Assembly: GCA_918797485.1 (NCBI GenBank) | Contig: CAKKNE010000001.1 | Span: 2,666,001-2,730,000 of the forward strand | From: Pelagomonas calceolata | Lineage: Eukaryota | DNA length: 64,000 nucleotides | Direction: 5' to 3' | Made by a program: the position numbers and the translations under genes | The notes under the pieces: model-generated | Seen by the model: only the letters and a program-made list of their open reading frames with translations | What the model was told of the DNA's origin: nothing | The model's database searches: none | In this document: piece after piece, positions 63,108-64,000 of the stretch | Numbering within the stretch: position 1 is the first letter of the stretch | How the letters are laid out: every line of letters begins with the position of its first letter

Positions 63108-64000
63108 ATGTCCAAAGCCACGGATCCCCCAATAACTTCTGAGAGCAGTGACAACCGGACTCCTCTGCCTGCCCTGGGACAGGCGGAGTGTACCTCAAAT
63201 AAGCACGCCGGTCTCTGGCCGCGGGTGGCAGACGCTCTTTTGCCTAAATGGCCACATGAGCTTGAGGGCGAGAGATGGTTTAGCACAGATGATGCGTATG
63301 TGGACCAGGAGTTCGACCTTGAAGCTCTGCCGTTCTGGCTTCGGGATACAAGTGTGGGCTGGGTTCGAGCACCCAGTCTTAGCTCTCAGTCAGCGCAATC
63401 AGCGAGCTCTGAGATATTAGTCAAGACGAGCATAATAAGTAATGAGGAATTTGTGACAGATGACCAGTCAAATGTACGAAGTGCACAGGCCGTGGAAAAC
63501 ACTGCTCTTGCGGAGTGGAGTGAGACAGCTATTGATGCAATCACAAATGAGCCGCTCCCACAGGTTGTCGTTCTACCACCACAAACTGACAGGGGACCCC
63601 CCCCCCCGGATTCGTTGCCACTTGAGAGGGGTTTTGCTTTGGCGGACCAACCAAATGGGATCGCTACATCATCCAAAGAGCAAGATGAGATTGGAGCATC
63701 GCTGCTTCGGTTGGTGGCAATGTATGCACGTCAGTGCGATCAAAATCGGAATAAACCTTTTCTTTGGGAGGCCATATACCCTCAAGATAGATCAGGAAGG
63801 CCGTGCTATAACCCCGGTGGCAAATACGTCGTAAAAGTCTTTTTTTGTGGCTCATGGCGCAGAGTTCAGATTGATGATCGTGTGCCCATAAATGCACGTG
63901 GACAAGCGACCATCGTGTTCTCGCGCGAGAGGCGCGAGTTGTGGCCATTTATTCTGGCAAAGGCAGCATACAAAGTTGCCCATCTAGCTTATCGGGCGAT
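63108..64000 (+). CDS. Calpain-like (CysPc) protein, androglobin-like N-terminus; 3' partial
   Basis: Open frame from ATG 63108 to the window end: LLPKWP...ERW...YVDQE..LP...WVRAP...PFLWEAIYPQDRSGRPCYNPGGKYVVKVFFCGSWRRVQIDDRVP...ELWPFILAKAAYKV. There is no QGxxGDCW-type catalytic Cys motif. Confidence 0.75.
   Translation, partial: MSKATDPPITSESSDNRTPLPALGQAECTSNKHAGLWPRVADALLPKWPHELEGERWFSTDDAYVDQEFDLEALPFWLRDTSVGWVRAPSLSSQSAQSASSEILVKTSIISNEEFVTDDQSNVRSAQAVENTALAEWSETAIDAITNEPLPQVVVLPPQTDRGPPPPDSLPLERGFALADQPNGIATSSKEQDEIGASLLRLVAMYARQCDQNRNKPFLWEAIYPQDRSGRPCYNPGGKYVVKVFFCGSWRRVQIDDRVPINARGQATIVFSRERRELWPFILAKAAYKVAHLAYRA

Noticed and set aside
63108..64000. Active calpain-7/PalB protease
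   Set aside because: There are no MIT domains and no catalytic Cys motif before the IYPQ...YNP.GKY block.

Overview
Intron-containing eukaryotic genomic DNA. It is probably from a protist or alga with flagellar machinery; a stramenopile such as a pelagophyte is my guess from gene content and style, not proven. The left 29.5 kb is a single minus-strand gene with 12 reconstructed exons that runs off the window and encodes at least 9,448 aa. Its layout is signal peptide, two PSI-like Cys repeats, then thousands of residues of a ~14-aa Gly-rich repeat. The repeat is interrupted by two internal peptidase S74 / MYRF-type intramolecular-chaperone autocleavage (ICA) domains with intact Ser-Lys dyads. 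This looks like a secreted, self-cleaving fibre polyprotein built on phage tail-spike logic, and it is the best candidate for a new system here. The right half holds conserved genes: a ferlin, TM9SF, a spinster-like MFS transporter, APC1, TMEM107, a SWR1 ATPase apparently fused to WW, F-box and beta-helix domains, and the start of an androglobin-like calpain. Intergenic DNA contains a 158-bp tandem repeat, a decayed ORF, a MITE with an 8-bp TSD, and a recurrent vocabulary of short words that behave like transposon footprints. Several introns need GC donors. All gene models were built by eye and need RNA confirmation.
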